Assembly (NCBI GenBank): GCA_963851265.1
Contig: CAWKNZ010000002.1
Span: 256,001-320,000 of the forward strand
Source of the DNA: an uncultured Gemmatimonadales bacterium
GTDB lineage: Bacteria; Gemmatimonadota; Gemmatimonadetes; Gemmatimonadales; Gemmatimonadaceae
Direction of reading: 5' to 3'
Length of the DNA: 64,000 bases
In this document: positions 54,483-64,000 of the stretch, piece by piece
Layout of the letters: every line of letters starts with the position of its first letter
Numbering within the stretch: the stretch's first letter is position 1
Notes under the pieces: model-generated
What the model was told of the DNA's origin: nothing
The model's input: only the letters and a program-made list of their open reading frames with translations
The model's database searches: none
Position numbers and translations under genes: made by a program

Positions 54483-55184
54483 GTGGACGACACCAGCCGC
54501 CTGGACCCTGCCCTCCGCGAGGCGCGGCGCCTGCTCCTCCTCTCCAACTCGCGCGACGCCGAGGGGCGCTACCTCGTGCACGCCCGCGACGCGCTCGCCG
54601 CGCACCTGGAGGGCGCGCGCGAGGTCGCCTTCGTCCCCTACGCCGGGGTCACGGTCGACTGGGACGCGTACGCGGCGCGGGCGGCCGACGCCCTCGCGCC
54701 GTTAGGCGTCGCGGTCCGGGGCGTGCACGCCGACGCGGACCCCGGGGCGGTGCTGTCCGGCTGCGGCGCGGTCGCGGTCGGCGGCGGCAACACGTTCCAC
54801 CTGCTCGCCCACCTGCAGCGCCGCGGACTGCTCGCGGTGCTCCGCGCGCGCGCGGCGGCCGGGGTCCCGTACGTGGGGTGGAGCGCGGGCTCGGTGGTCG
54901 CCTGCCCGACGATCCGCACGACCAACGACATGCCGATCGTCGAGCCGCCGGGAGGGCTGGAGGCGTTAGGACTGTTCGGCGCGCAGATCAACGCGCACTT
55001 CACCGACGAGCACCCGGCCGGCTTCCAGGGCGAGACCCGCCGCCAGCGCCTCGACGAGTTCGTCGTCGCGAACCCGGGCGTGACGGTGATCGGACTGCCG
55101 GAAGGGAGCTGGCTCGAGGTGGAGGGAAGAGACGTACGCGTCGGCGGCCCGCACGAGGTGGTGAGATTCGGGGGGAGCGCGTGA
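54483..55184 (+). CDS. pepE: dipeptidase E (S51)
   Basis: LLLLSNS, FVPYAGV, VGGGNTF, GWSAG, TIRTTNDMPI, GETR..RL.EF. Confidence 0.93.
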   Translation: MDDTSRLDPALREARRLLLLSNSRDAEGRYLVHARDALAAHLEGAREVAFVPYAGVTVDWDAYAARAADALAPLGVAVRGVHADADPGAVLSGCGAVAVGGGNTFHLLAHLQRRGLLAVLRARAAAGVPYVGWSAGSVVACPTIRTTNDMPIVEPPGGLEALGLFGAQINAHFTDEHPAGFQGETRRQRLDEFVVANPGVTVIGLPEGSWLEVEGRDVRVGGPHEVVRFGGSA

Positions 55185-55272
55185 TCGGTGCCCCGGGGAC
55201 GCGTGGGGCGACGACCGCCCATCGCCGTACCACCCCCGGCGCGTGAGTCGGGACACGCCACGCGGGGACCTC

Positions 55273-55620
55273 ATGCCCACCTCCTACGCGTCCATCTACC
55301 GGCTCGTCCGCCGCATTCCCCCCGGCCTGGTCGCCACCTACGGCCAGATCGCGTGGCTGGCCAAACTCCCCGGCCACGCCCGCCTCGTCGGCTACGCCAT
55401 GCACGCCGCCGCCGAGGGCGACGACGTCCCGTGGCACCGCGTCGTCAACGCCCAGGGCCGCATCAGTGCCCGCAGCGACGGCCCCGGCGCGAGCGTGCTC
55501 CAGCGCCTCCGCCTCGAACGCGAGGGCGTCGTCTTCGACGGCTCGGGCCGCGTCTCGCTCGAGCGCTACCGCTGGTCCCCTCCCGCCTGGCGCGCGCGTT
55601 CGCGCCGCCCCGCGGACTAA
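55273..55620 (+). CDS. alkyltransferase-like (ATL/MGMT family) protein
   Basis: IPPG.VATYGQIA, ARLVG, VPWHRVVN (W replaces the catalytic C), L..EGV. Confidence 0.92.
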   Translation: MPTSYASIYRLVRRIPPGLVATYGQIAWLAKLPGHARLVGYAMHAAAEGDDVPWHRVVNAQGRISARSDGPGASVLQRLRLEREGVVFDGSGRVSLERYRWSPPAWRARSRRPAD

Positions 55621-55638
55621 CGCCGGGGCCGATCGGCG

Positions 55639-56034
55639 CTACGCCTCGTGCCGCCCCTGCTCGCGCTCCACCGCCGAACGCGGCGGGACGCGCCGGTTGT
55701 CGGCGTCGACGAACACCACGACCGGCGAGAACTCGGCGCCGATCTCCTCGGGCCCGTACTCGCCGTAGCTGATCACGATGACGAGGTCGCCCGGCATGCC
55801 GAGCCGCGCCGCCGCGCCGTTCAGTTGCATCGTGCCGCTCGCGCGCGCGCCTTCGATCACGTACGTCTCGAGGCGCGCGCCGGTGTTCACGTTGACCACC
55901 TGCACCTTCTCGAACGGGAGCAGGTCGGCCGCGTCCATCAGGTCGCGGTCCACGGTCAGACTGCCTTCGTAGTGAAGATCCGCCCCCGTGAGGGTCGCGC
56001 GGTGGATCTTGGATTTGCACAGTGTCCGGCGCAT
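55639..56034 (-). CDS. panD: aspartate 1-decarboxylase
   Basis: KSKIHRA, YEGS, RLETYVI, NGAAAR. Confidence 0.97.
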   Translation of the reverse strand: MRRTLCKSKIHRATLTGADLHYEGSLTVDRDLMDAADLLPFEKVQVVNVNTGARLETYVIEGARASGTMQLNGAAARLGMPGDLVIVISYGEYGPEEIGAEFSPVVVFVDADNRRVPPRSAVEREQGRHEA

Positions 56035-56068
56035 CCCGAAAGGTAGGCAGCCCGCCCACCGGCCTCCG

Positions 56069-56350
56069 TCACACGGCGTCGAGTTGCGCCTCCGGCACGC
56101 GGATCTCGCCGCCCTCGACCGCGACCACGTACTCCACCGCCGGCGCGACGCGCGCCAGCAGCAGCACGCGCCCCGCGCGGCCCGCGTGTGCCCCGTCCGT
56201 CACGCGCACCGCGTCGTGCAGCCCGAAGCGCACCCCCGGCAGCGTCTCGCCGGCGAGCCACCGGTCGCCGAGCCCGGGCGCGCGGCGTCCCACCTCGACC
56301 GGCGGTCGCCCACCTGGCGCCCGCTCACCCGGCGGCCGCTCACCCGCCAC
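56069..56350 (-). CDS. hypothetical protein (KOW/SH3-like)
   Basis: D.VRVTDG.HAG..GRV; sits in line between the PhzF-family gene and panD. Confidence 0.6.
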   Translation of the reverse strand: MAGERPPGERAPGGRPPVEVGRRAPGLGDRWLAGETLPGVRFGLHDAVRVTDGAHAGRAGRVLLLARVAPAVEYVVAVEGGEIRVPEAQLDAV

Positions 56351-57356
56351 GTCCGGTGCCCCGCAGCCGGATCGTCCCCTCGCACACGACCACCGAGTTC
56401 CCGCCCACGCGCACCGCCGTTACCCGCCCGCCGTCGTCCTTGTCGACGCGCACCTCGAGCCGGCTCGGCCGCCCCATCTCGACGCCCTGCGCGACGCACC
56501 ACGCCAGCGTCCCGCCCCCCGGCGCCCGCGACGCGAGGTAGCCGCCTAACGCCGCGCACGCCGAGCCCGTCGCCGGGTCCTCGGGCACCGCGAGGTCCGG
56601 GACGAACACCCGCGCGTGCACCGCCTGCGACCCGCCCGCGAACCCGTCCGCACCCTCGGGCGCGTCGAGCGCGAACACCAGCACGCCCTCGCTCTCGAAC
56701 TCGCGCGCCCCGTCGTGCGGGTCGCGCCCCGAGTTCGCCACCGGGAACGCCGCCTTCCACGCCTCCGCCCGCACGTGCGCGCGCGCGACCGCGGCCCGGT
56801 CCTTCACCGGCACGATCGTGAAGGGCAGCCCGCACGACCCGATGCTGGGCGCGTACGCGCCGCCGAGCAGCTCGTCTTCCCCGATGCCCAACGCCGCGGC
56901 GAGCAGCGCGGGTGCCGGGGCCGGGTGCTCCTCGGGCAGCCGGGCGACGCTGAGCTCGGCGAACGCCGGCTCGAGCCCGCCCAGCTCCGCCGACCCGCCC
57001 TCGCCGAGGTCCACGCGCACGCGCACGTCGCCCACCCCCTCCTCCAACACCACCGTCGTCTCGCGCGCGACGGTGCGCAGCGCGCCCACGGCGAACAGCA
57101 CGTGCGCCGTGCCGACGGTCGGATGCCCCGCGAACGGGATCTCCGCCGCCGGCGTGAAGATCCGCACGCGCGCCGCACCCCCGCGCTCCGGCGGCAGCAC
57201 GAACGTCGTCTCCGAGTAGTTGAACTCGCGCGTCACCGCGAGCATCTCCTCGTCCGTCATGCCCCCGGCGTCGAGCACCACCGCGAGCGGGTTGCCGCCG
57301 AACTGGCGGTCGGTGAACACGTCCGCGGTGACGTAGCGGAACGCGCGCGCGGCCAT
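56340..57356 (-). CDS. PhzF family epimerase/isomerase
   Basis: DVFT...GGNPLAV, NYSETTF, EIPFAGHPT, EDPATGSA, QGVEMGRPS. Confidence 0.95.
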   Translation of the reverse strand: MAARAFRYVTADVFTDRQFGGNPLAVVLDAGGMTDEEMLAVTREFNYSETTFVLPPERGGAARVRIFTPAAEIPFAGHPTVGTAHVLFAVGALRTVARETTVVLEEGVGDVRVRVDLGEGGSAELGGLEPAFAELSVARLPEEHPAPAPALLAAALGIGEDELLGGAYAPSIGSCGLPFTIVPVKDRAAVARAHVRAEAWKAAFPVANSGRDPHDGAREFESEGVLVFALDAPEGADGFAGGSQAVHARVFVPDLAVPEDPATGSACAALGGYLASRAPGGGTLAWCVAQGVEMGRPSRLEVRVDKDDGGRVTAVRVGGNSVVVCEGTIRLRGTGRGG

Positions 57357-59191
57357 CAGATCGCCCCCTCCTGCGCCGGCGGCTCCGCCGGGTCCGCGCC
57401 GAACTCCGGGTGCAGGAACGCGTACCGGTAGTCCGTCGGCGGCGCGAACGTCTCCTTGATCGTCCGCGGGCTGGTCCACCGCAGCAGGTTGAGCTTCGAC
57501 CCCGCCTTGTCGTTGGTCCCCGACCCGCGCGCCCCGCCGAACGGCTGCTGCCCCACCACCGCGCCCGTCGGCTTGTCGTTCACGTAGAAGTTGCCCGCCG
57601 CGTTCCGCAGCGCGACCGCGGCCTGCCTCACCGCCTTCCGGTCGCGCGCGAACACCGCCCCCGTCAGCGCGTACGGCGACGTGCGGTCGACCGTGCGCAG
57701 CACGTCCTCCCACCCCTGCGGCGCGGCGTCGTCCCACGCGTACGCCGTCACCACCGGCCCGAAGATCTCCTCGCACATCAGCCGGTACCCGGGCTCCGGC
57801 GCCTCGACCAGCGTCGGCTCCACGAACCACCCCGTCGTGCGGTCGGCCCCGCCACCCTGCACGATCCGCGCGTTCGCCCGCGCGTCGTCCAGGTACCCCG
57901 AGATCTTCGTGAACGAGCGCTCGTCGATCACCGCGCCCATGAAGTTCCCGAAGTCGCGCACGTCGCCCACCCGGATGTCGCGCATCATCGCGACCACGCG
58001 CTCGCGCACGTCGGCCCACATCGACCGCGGCACGTACACCCGGCTCGCCGCCGAGCACTTCTGCCCCTGGTACTCGAACGCCCCGCGCACGATCCCCACC
58101 GCGAGCACCTGCGGGTCGGCCGAGGGGTGCGCGAGGATGAAGTCCTTCCCCCCGGTCTCGCCCACGATCCTCGGGTACGAGCGGTAGCGCCCCATGTTGC
58201 GCCCGATCGTCTCCCACATGCTGTTGAACACGCCCGTGCTGCCCGTGAAGTGCACGCCCCCGAGGTCGGGGTGCGCGAGCAGCGGGTCGCTCACGAGCTT
58301 GGGATCGCCCGGCACGAAGTTGATCACGCCCGGCGGCAGTCCGGCCTCCTCCAGCAGTCGCATCAGGTGCCACGCCGAGAGCATCGCGCCGGCGGCGGGC
58401 TTCCACACCACCGTGTTCCCCATCAGCGCCGCGCTCGTCGGCAGGTTGCCCGCGATCGCCGTGAAGTTGAACGGCGTCACCGCGTACACGAACCCCTCCA
58501 GCGGGCGGTAGTCGAGCTGGTTCCACATCGTGCGGTCGCTCGCCGGCTGCTCCGCGTACAGCTCCTGCGCGAACTGCACGTTGAACCGCAGGAAGTCGAT
58601 CAGCTCGCACGCCGAGTCGATCTCCGCCTGGTGCGCGGTCTTCGCCTGGCCTAACATCGTCGCCGCGTTCAGCGTCTGCCGCCACGTCGTCGCCAGCAGC
58701 TCGGCGGCGCGCAGGAACACCGCCGCGCGGTCCTCCCACGCCCAGTTGGCCCACTCGCGGTGCGCGTCCCGCGCCGCGTCGACCGCGCGCGCCACGTCCT
58801 CCACGCCGGCCCGGTGCCACTCGCCTAACACCTCGCGGTGCGCGCACGGGTTGGCCACCCGCGCCACGTCGCCCGTGTAGACCCGCTCGCCGCCGATCAC
58901 GAGCGGGATCTCCGCGCGCTCGGCGGCCATCTCGGCCAGCCGCGCACGGAGTTCCGCCCGCTCCGGCGAGCCCGGCGCGTAGCCGCGCACCGGTTCGTTC
59001 ACCGCCGGCGGCACGCGGCGCGTCCCGGCGAACCCGACCGCGCCGCCCATCTCCGGCAGCGGCTGCTCGGCGCTCGCCGCCGTGCCGCCGCGCACCGGCG
59101 CCTCGCCACCGGAGCCGTGAGGGACGTGCTGGGCCGGCGCACGCGGGGCGGACGTGGCCTCGGCGGGCGCGGACGGAACGGAGGTGGCCAT
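57356..59191 (-). CDS. pruA: L-glutamate gamma-semialdehyde (P5C) dehydrogenase
   Basis: AEIDSACE, PFNFTAI, FTGST, GETGGKDF, EYQGQKCSA, EEIFGP, SGTNDKAG. Confidence 0.95.
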   Translation of the reverse strand: MATSVPSAPAEATSAPRAPAQHVPHGSGGEAPVRGGTAASAEQPLPEMGGAVGFAGTRRVPPAVNEPVRGYAPGSPERAELRARLAEMAAERAEIPLVIGGERVYTGDVARVANPCAHREVLGEWHRAGVEDVARAVDAARDAHREWANWAWEDRAAVFLRAAELLATTWRQTLNAATMLGQAKTAHQAEIDSACELIDFLRFNVQFAQELYAEQPASDRTMWNQLDYRPLEGFVYAVTPFNFTAIAGNLPTSAALMGNTVVWKPAAGAMLSAWHLMRLLEEAGLPPGVINFVPGDPKLVSDPLLAHPDLGGVHFTGSTGVFNSMWETIGRNMGRYRSYPRIVGETGGKDFILAHPSADPQVLAVGIVRGAFEYQGQKCSAASRVYVPRSMWADVRERVVAMMRDIRVGDVRDFGNFMGAVIDERSFTKISGYLDDARANARIVQGGGADRTTGWFVEPTLVEAPEPGYRLMCEEIFGPVVTAYAWDDAAPQGWEDVLRTVDRTSPYALTGAVFARDRKAVRQAAVALRNAAGNFYVNDKPTGAVVGQQPFGGARGSGTNDKAGSKLNLLRWTSPRTIKETFAPPTDYRYAFLHPEFGADPAEPPAQEGAI

Positions 59192-59320
59192 GGCTCGGGT
59201 GACGCGGGTCGGGGCGATTCGGTGACGACGTGTGACGAACGCGCGCCGCTCGGCGCGCCCCGCCGTGCGCGAAATCTACTGGCGCTCGCCGCCCGCCTCC
59301 GCCGCGGGTAACTTCCCCCC

Positions 59321-60259
59321 ATGTCGCCCGGCTTCCGTCGTCCGCTCCTCCGCCCGCAGGCGACGCGCGCGGGTGCTCTCGTGCTCGCGACCGCCGCGCT
59401 CGCCGCCTGCGCGGCCGACCCCGTGCGCTGGGACCAGGGGGCCGAGCGCCGCCTTCCCATTCCCCCCACGAGCGGCGCGGCCGTCACCACGGCCGTCGCG
59501 GAGTCGCTCGCCGCGGCCGGCGCGCGCGCAGCGATCGGCGGCGCGGTCGCACAGGCGACCCAGGCCGCGCCGGGAAGCGCGCTCCCCACCGCCGTCGACC
59601 CGCACGCGTGTCCGGCGTCGCTTCGCGTCGCGGCCGGGCGCGACGGCGTCGTCGGCGCGGTGTGGTGGTCGCTCCGCCCCGACCACTCCGCCGCCCTCCG
59701 CGCCAGCCGCTCCGCCGACCGCGGCCGCTCCTGGTCCGCGCCCGTCCCCGTCGACACGCTCGACCGCTCCGAGGCCGCGTGCGACCGCCCCGCGCCGAGC
59801 ATCGCGATCGACTCGGTCAACGGCTACCTCCACGTCGCGTACTCGATGGAGGCGCCCGAAGGCAAGGGCGTGTTCTACGCGCACCAGATGGACCCGCGCG
59901 CCGGCTTCGAGCGCCCGCAGGCCGTCGTCTACGGCGACCGCCCGGCCGCGACGAGCGTCGCCTCGTCCGGCGACCTCGTCGTCGTCGCGTACGAAGACCC
60001 CAACACGGGCGGCCGGCCGTTCGTCTCGCTCGCGCTGTCGCGCACGGGCGGGCACTCGTTCGCCGAGCGCTTCGCGGCCAGCGAGCGGAGCAGCATGTCG
60101 GCCGAGAGCCCGGCGGTCGCGCTCACCCGGCGGCGCGTCGCGCTCGCCTGGGTCGAACGCACCGCGCCGCGCCAGATCGCGGGCACCGACGACCCGCGCA
60201 GCATCACGGCCGAGCAACCGAGCGGCATCGTCGTGCGCGTCGGCCAGTTGCGGCAGTAG
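59321..60259 (+). CDS. BNR/Asp-box-containing lipoprotein
   Basis: Lipobox LAAC; S.D.G.SW and SRTGGHSF Asp-box-like motifs. Confidence 0.7.
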   Translation: MSPGFRRPLLRPQATRAGALVLATAALAACAADPVRWDQGAERRLPIPPTSGAAVTTAVAESLAAAGARAAIGGAVAQATQAAPGSALPTAVDPHACPASLRVAAGRDGVVGAVWWSLRPDHSAALRASRSADRGRSWSAPVPVDTLDRSEAACDRPAPSIAIDSVNGYLHVAYSMEAPEGKGVFYAHQMDPRAGFERPQAVVYGDRPAATSVASSGDLVVVAYEDPNTGGRPFVSLALSRTGGHSFAERFAASERSSMSAESPAVALTRRRVALAWVERTAPRQIAGTDDPRSITAEQPSGIVVRVGQLRQ

Positions 60260-60268
60260 CGGCGTCAC

Positions 60269-61069
60269 GTGGCGCGCGCCCTCATCGCGGCGACCGACGA
60301 CGCGACGGTCGAGATCTTCTCCGCCGTGCTCTCGTCGAGAAGCTACGCGGTCGAGGTCGTGCCCGAGGCGAGCGCGGCGTGGCGCGCGTATACGGAGCGC
60401 CACCCCGCCGTGCTCGTCCTCGACCTCGACCTGCGCGGCGCCGACGGCGGGGCGGCCGCACTCGCCTTCTGCCGCCGCGTGCGGCAGGCCGAACGCGACG
60501 CCGAGCACGCCGCACAGGCCTCGCCGGTCGCCTCGCGCGACCTCGCGCCTGGCGACTCGGCCGTCGCCTACGTGCTCGCCGTCGCGCCGCGCGACCGGCC
60601 GGGCGATCTGCTCGAGGCGCTCGACGCAGGCGCCGACGACTACATCACCCAGCCGCCGTCCCCGCGCAACGTCGCCGCCCGCCTCACGATTGCCGAGCGC
60701 CGCATGGCGCAGGACGGCGCGCGGCGTGAGGCCGAACGCGCACTCCTCCGAGCGCGCTACCTCGCCGGCATCGGCGAGACGTCCATCGCCCTCCAGCACG
60801 AGATCAACAACCCGCTCGCCGCCCTCCTCGGGCACGCGGCACTCATCGAGCACGGGATGGCCGAGCCGGGCGAGGAGCGCGAGCTGCTGCAGGTGATCGT
60901 CGAACAGGCGCACCGCATCGCCGGCGTGATGAAGCGCCTCGCCGCCGTCCGCGACCCCACGAGCGTCGAGTATCTTGGCGGCGCCCGCATGCTCGACCTC
61001 TCGCGCGACCTGCTCCGCACCACCGGCGAGTTCACCGCCCTCCCGCCGTCGGCCGAGCGCGAGCCCTGA
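60269..61069 (+). CDS. receiver domain + HisKA dimerisation domain protein (no ATPase domain)
   Basis: VLVLD, ALDAGADDYI, LQHEINNPL; no N/G boxes follow. Confidence 0.85.
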   Translation: MARALIAATDDATVEIFSAVLSSRSYAVEVVPEASAAWRAYTERHPAVLVLDLDLRGADGGAAALAFCRRVRQAERDAEHAAQASPVASRDLAPGDSAVAYVLAVAPRDRPGDLLEALDAGADDYITQPPSPRNVAARLTIAERRMAQDGARREAERALLRARYLAGIGETSIALQHEINNPLAALLGHAALIEHGMAEPGEERELLQVIVEQAHRIAGVMKRLAAVRDPTSVEYLGGARMLDLSRDLLRTTGEFTALPPSAEREP

Positions 61070-61122
61070 CCGCGTCACACGGGCGCCCGCCCGGAGCGCG
61101 CCCCACTCCACCCCGCCCGCCC

Positions 61123-61824
61123 GTGATCCGCCGCACCCTCGCCGCCCTCGGCCTAACGACCGCAGCGGCCGCCGCTTCCGCCCGCGCCCAGTCCGCCGCG
61201 CCGCGCGCCTTCGTCACCCGCCGCGGCGCCGACACGCTCGTCGTCGAGCAGGTCGAGCGCGCCGCCGACGGCACCGTCCTCTCGCGCCTGGACTTCCGCG
61301 GCGGCGGCGGGCCCCCCGCCGGCCTGCGCGCGTCGGCCGCCTACACCCCGGGGCCCGACGCGCGCGTGCGGCGCGCCACCATCGAGGTCACGCCGCCCGG
61401 CGCCGGCGCGCCCGCGCAGCGCGTCACCATGACGTTCGGTGCCGCGCCCGGCGACAGCGTCGAGGTACAGGTCGGCAGCGCGCCGGCGCAGCGCGTGGCG
61501 GCCGCCGCGGGCGCGCTACCCTTCGGCGACCTCTCCGTCGCGTCCTGGGAGCTCATCGTCCGGCGCGCCCGCGCGCTCGGCGGCGGCACGCTGCGCTCCA
61601 CGTTCGTCCCCGTCTTCATCGGCCCCGGCCGCCCCGCGATCACCGCGTCGGTCGCGCCACTCGGCGCCGACTCCGTCGTGCTCGCGATGAACGGCGTCGA
61701 GCTCCGCGCGCGTCTCGCCGCCGGCGACGAGATCCTCGGCATGCGCGTTCCGTCGCAGGGCGTCGTCGTCGAAGCAGTCCCGCGCGGCGCCGCGGCCCTC
61801 GGGACCGCCGCGCCGCGCGACTAA
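61123..61824 (+). CDS. secreted hypothetical protein
   Basis: Signal peptide; G.DTL.VE motif; beta-rich. Confidence 0.75.
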   Translation: MIRRTLAALGLTTAAAAASARAQSAAPRAFVTRRGADTLVVEQVERAADGTVLSRLDFRGGGGPPAGLRASAAYTPGPDARVRRATIEVTPPGAGAPAQRVTMTFGAAPGDSVEVQVGSAPAQRVAAAAGALPFGDLSVASWELIVRRARALGGGTLRSTFVPVFIGPGRPAITASVAPLGADSVVLAMNGVELRARLAAGDEILGMRVPSQGVVVEAVPRGAAALGTAAPRD

Positions 61825-61989
61825 AAATCGCCGCAACCGGCGTGTGTAAGGCACCCCGGTGTTGACGCGCGCTGACGCTGCACGCCTATTGCATGTGCGC
61901 CTCACACACGTACGTTAGGGCGCGACCGTCACCAATTGCGACGGAGCCCGCGGGACGCTCCGCGCGCCCATCCCCACACAGGAGACGCG

Positions 61990-62568
61990 ATGGCCACAGC
62001 CAAGAAGCCCGCCGGCGCCGCAAAGACGCGGTCCACCTCGACCAAAACCAGCGCCGGCGCCAAGACCAGCGCCGGGGCCAAGAAAGCCCCGGCCAAGTCC
62101 GGAAGCGCCGCGCCGAACAAGGCGGCCGCCACGGCCAAGGCGCCCGCGAGCAAATCTGCCGCAAAGACCGCGGCCAAGACGGCGAGCAAGACCGCCGCGA
62201 AGACGGCCGCCAAGACGGCGAGCAAGACCGCGGCGAAGTCCGCCGCCAAGACGGCGAGCAAGTCGGCCGGCACCGCGGCGGCCAAGAAGGCGCCCTCCAA
62301 GGCCGCCGCCGGCAAGCGCGGGCCCAACCCCGCGTTCATGAAGCCCCTCCAGCCCGACGCCCAGCTGGCCGAGGTGGTCGGCAAGGACCCGATGCCGCGC
62401 ACGCAGGTCGTCGCCCGCGTGTGGGACTACATCAAGAAGAACGGCCTGCAGGAGAGCCGGAACATCAAGGCCGACGACAAGCTCCGCCCCATCTTCGGCA
62501 AGGAGCAGATCACCATGTTCGAGATGATGAAGCTCGTCAACGCGCACCTTTCCGACGCGTCGGCGTAA
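61990..62568 (+). CDS. SWIB/MDM2 domain protein with histone-H1-like AKT-rich N-terminus
   Basis: FMKPLQP...LAEVVG..PMPRTQVV..VWDYIKKNGLQ...IKADDKL..IFG; GGAG RBS. Confidence 0.93.
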   Translation: MATAKKPAGAAKTRSTSTKTSAGAKTSAGAKKAPAKSGSAAPNKAAATAKAPASKSAAKTAAKTASKTAAKTAAKTASKTAAKSAAKTASKSAGTAAAKKAPSKAAAGKRGPNPAFMKPLQPDAQLAEVVGKDPMPRTQVVARVWDYIKKNGLQESRNIKADDKLRPIFGKEQITMFEMMKLVNAHLSDASA

Positions 62569-62737
62569 TACACGCCGCGCGCGAACTCGTGTTCGGGCGC
62601 GCCCCCGGACGGCCGCAGACTTGGCGGCCGGCCGGGGGCGCGCCAGCTTTCGGGGTCGCGCCACCGCGCGCGACTCCGCGCGCCCGTGACCGCTCGCCGG
62701 TCCGCGCCGCCCCGCGCTTTCTTCCTGCTCCGACGTC

Positions 62738-63613
62738 GTGCCCCCATCGTCCGCCAAGTCCGCCAGCTCGCGCAACGCCGTCGCGGACCTCCGCGCCGGA
62801 CGCCGCACCTCCACGCGCGCCCGGAGCGGCGGACGCTCCGCGGCCCGCCGCGGCGGTGCCGGCGTGTGGGAGACCGCCCGCGCCTTCCTCGGCACGATCG
62901 TCCTCTTCCTCGTCATCCGCACCTTCCTCGTCGAGGCGTTCCGGATCCCGTCGGGAAGCATGATTCCCACGCTGCTCGTCGGCGACTGGCTGTTCGTCAA
63001 CAAGCTCGTCTACGGCCCGCACCTGCCATTCACGAGTGTCACGCTTCCGGGCTACGCCGACCCCAAGCGCGGCGACGTGGTCGTGTTCGAGTCGCCGTAC
63101 CAGGGCGACGAGGCCGCGCGCGGCGCCGACCCCACGCCCACCCTGGTCAAGCGCCTCGTCGGTCTCCCGGGCGACACGCTGTACATGCGCGACGGGCTGC
63201 TCTACGTCGACGGCGTCGCGCAGCGCCAGGGCTACGCCGCGAGCGGCAACTTCAAGGGCTTCGCCGACGAGACCAACGACCTGTTCGGGTGGCAGCGCCA
63301 GTACGCGCTCTCGGCCTCACGTTTCGGCGCCGCGCCAGCCACCCCCACGCACGACAACTGGGGGCCCCTCGTCATCCCGCCGCGCCACTACATGATGCTC
63401 GGCGACAACCGCTACTGCTCCAAGGACTCGCGCTACTGGGGTCTCGTGCCGCGCGCCAACCTGCGCGGCCGCCCGATCTTCGTCTACTACTCCTACCGCC
63501 CGGCGCCCGACGACGACGCCGGTCCCAACACGTGCGACCCGGACCGCAGCGAGAAACCCGCACCGTTCGTCACCGACGTGCGCTGGGGCCGCATCGGGCA
63601 CGTGATTCGGTAA
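62738..63613 (+). CDS. lepB: signal peptidase I
   Basis: IPSGSMIPTL..GD, RGDVVVF, VKRLVGLPGD, GDNR..S.DSRYWG. Confidence 0.96.
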   Translation: MPPSSAKSASSRNAVADLRAGRRTSTRARSGGRSAARRGGAGVWETARAFLGTIVLFLVIRTFLVEAFRIPSGSMIPTLLVGDWLFVNKLVYGPHLPFTSVTLPGYADPKRGDVVVFESPYQGDEAARGADPTPTLVKRLVGLPGDTLYMRDGLLYVDGVAQRQGYAASGNFKGFADETNDLFGWQRQYALSASRFGAAPATPTHDNWGPLVIPPRHYMMLGDNRYCSKDSRYWGLVPRANLRGRPIFVYYSYRPAPDDDAGPNTCDPDRSEKPAPFVTDVRWGRIGHVIR

Positions 63614-63714
63614 GCCCGCGGCCGGCCGCCCGGGGCGCGGCGGCCGGACGCTCGTTAGGCGCGGTCGACGCGTCCACCCGCCGGCCCGCGCGCCGGCCTC
63701 GGTCGGGGCCGGCC

Positions 63715-64000
63715 TCAGTCGAGGTCGTCTTCCGGCACCTCGCCGCTCACCTCCGCCGGGTGACGCGCGTCCCGGTTCGTACTGCTCCCGCCGCCGAGTC
63801 CGGGATCGCGCCCGTCCGGGTGCTGGTAGACGTCGTTCGCGAAGTTCTGGCCCGCGAAGCTCCGCGCCCCCAGATCCTCCTCGCGCGGCTCGGGCGCCGA
63901 CGGCGCGTCGTACGCCTCGCGGTCGGGCGTGGCGTCGCCCGGCGCGCGATCGGTGTTGCGGAACGGAATCCCCTGCTCGACGTCGACCGTCGGCTCCCGC
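63715..64000 (-). CDS. hypothetical acidic protein (3' part only)
   Basis: Open frame ...EQGIPFRNTD...FAGQNFANDVYQHPDG...EDDLD* running off the window. Confidence 0.6.
   Translation of the reverse strand, partial: REPTVDVEQGIPFRNTDRAPGDATPDREAYDAPSAPEPREEDLGARSFAGQNFANDVYQHPDGRDPGLGGGSSTNRDARHPAEVSGEVPEDDLD

Noticed and set aside
56340..57356. Phenazine biosynthesis cluster
   Set aside because: A lone PhzF-family gene with no other phz genes.

Overview
A gene-dense 64-kb chromosomal segment, about 75% GC by eye, probably from a Gemmatimonadota bacterium (Gemmatirosa-like; inferred from gene style and content). It holds about 58 CDSs. I found no rRNA, tRNA, CRISPR array, transposase or prophage. 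Recognisable genes include a class II photolyase, msrA, csp, cysK, pnuC, prfC, pepE, panD, pruA and lepB, plus about 10 peptidases. The most notable signals are: (1) the AT-rich heptamer GTTAGGC/GCCTAAC occurs at least 31 times, in different reading frames, in stop codons and between genes, and accounts for most of the rare TTA codons I saw, which suggests an uncharacterised DNA-level motif; (2) a candidate (glyco)sphingolipid locus made of a serine palmitoyltransferase-like enzyme with a pentapeptide-repeat N-terminus, an Aur1/PAP2-like protein, an extended SDR and two PIG-A/PimA-like GT4 enzymes; (3) an orphan RiPP-precursor-like small ORF; (4) repeated short tandem duplications across stop codons and 15-bp in-frame repeats; (5) many TANNNT boxes placed as expected for leaderless transcripts. 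All calls come from reading motifs by eye, and no database searches were run.
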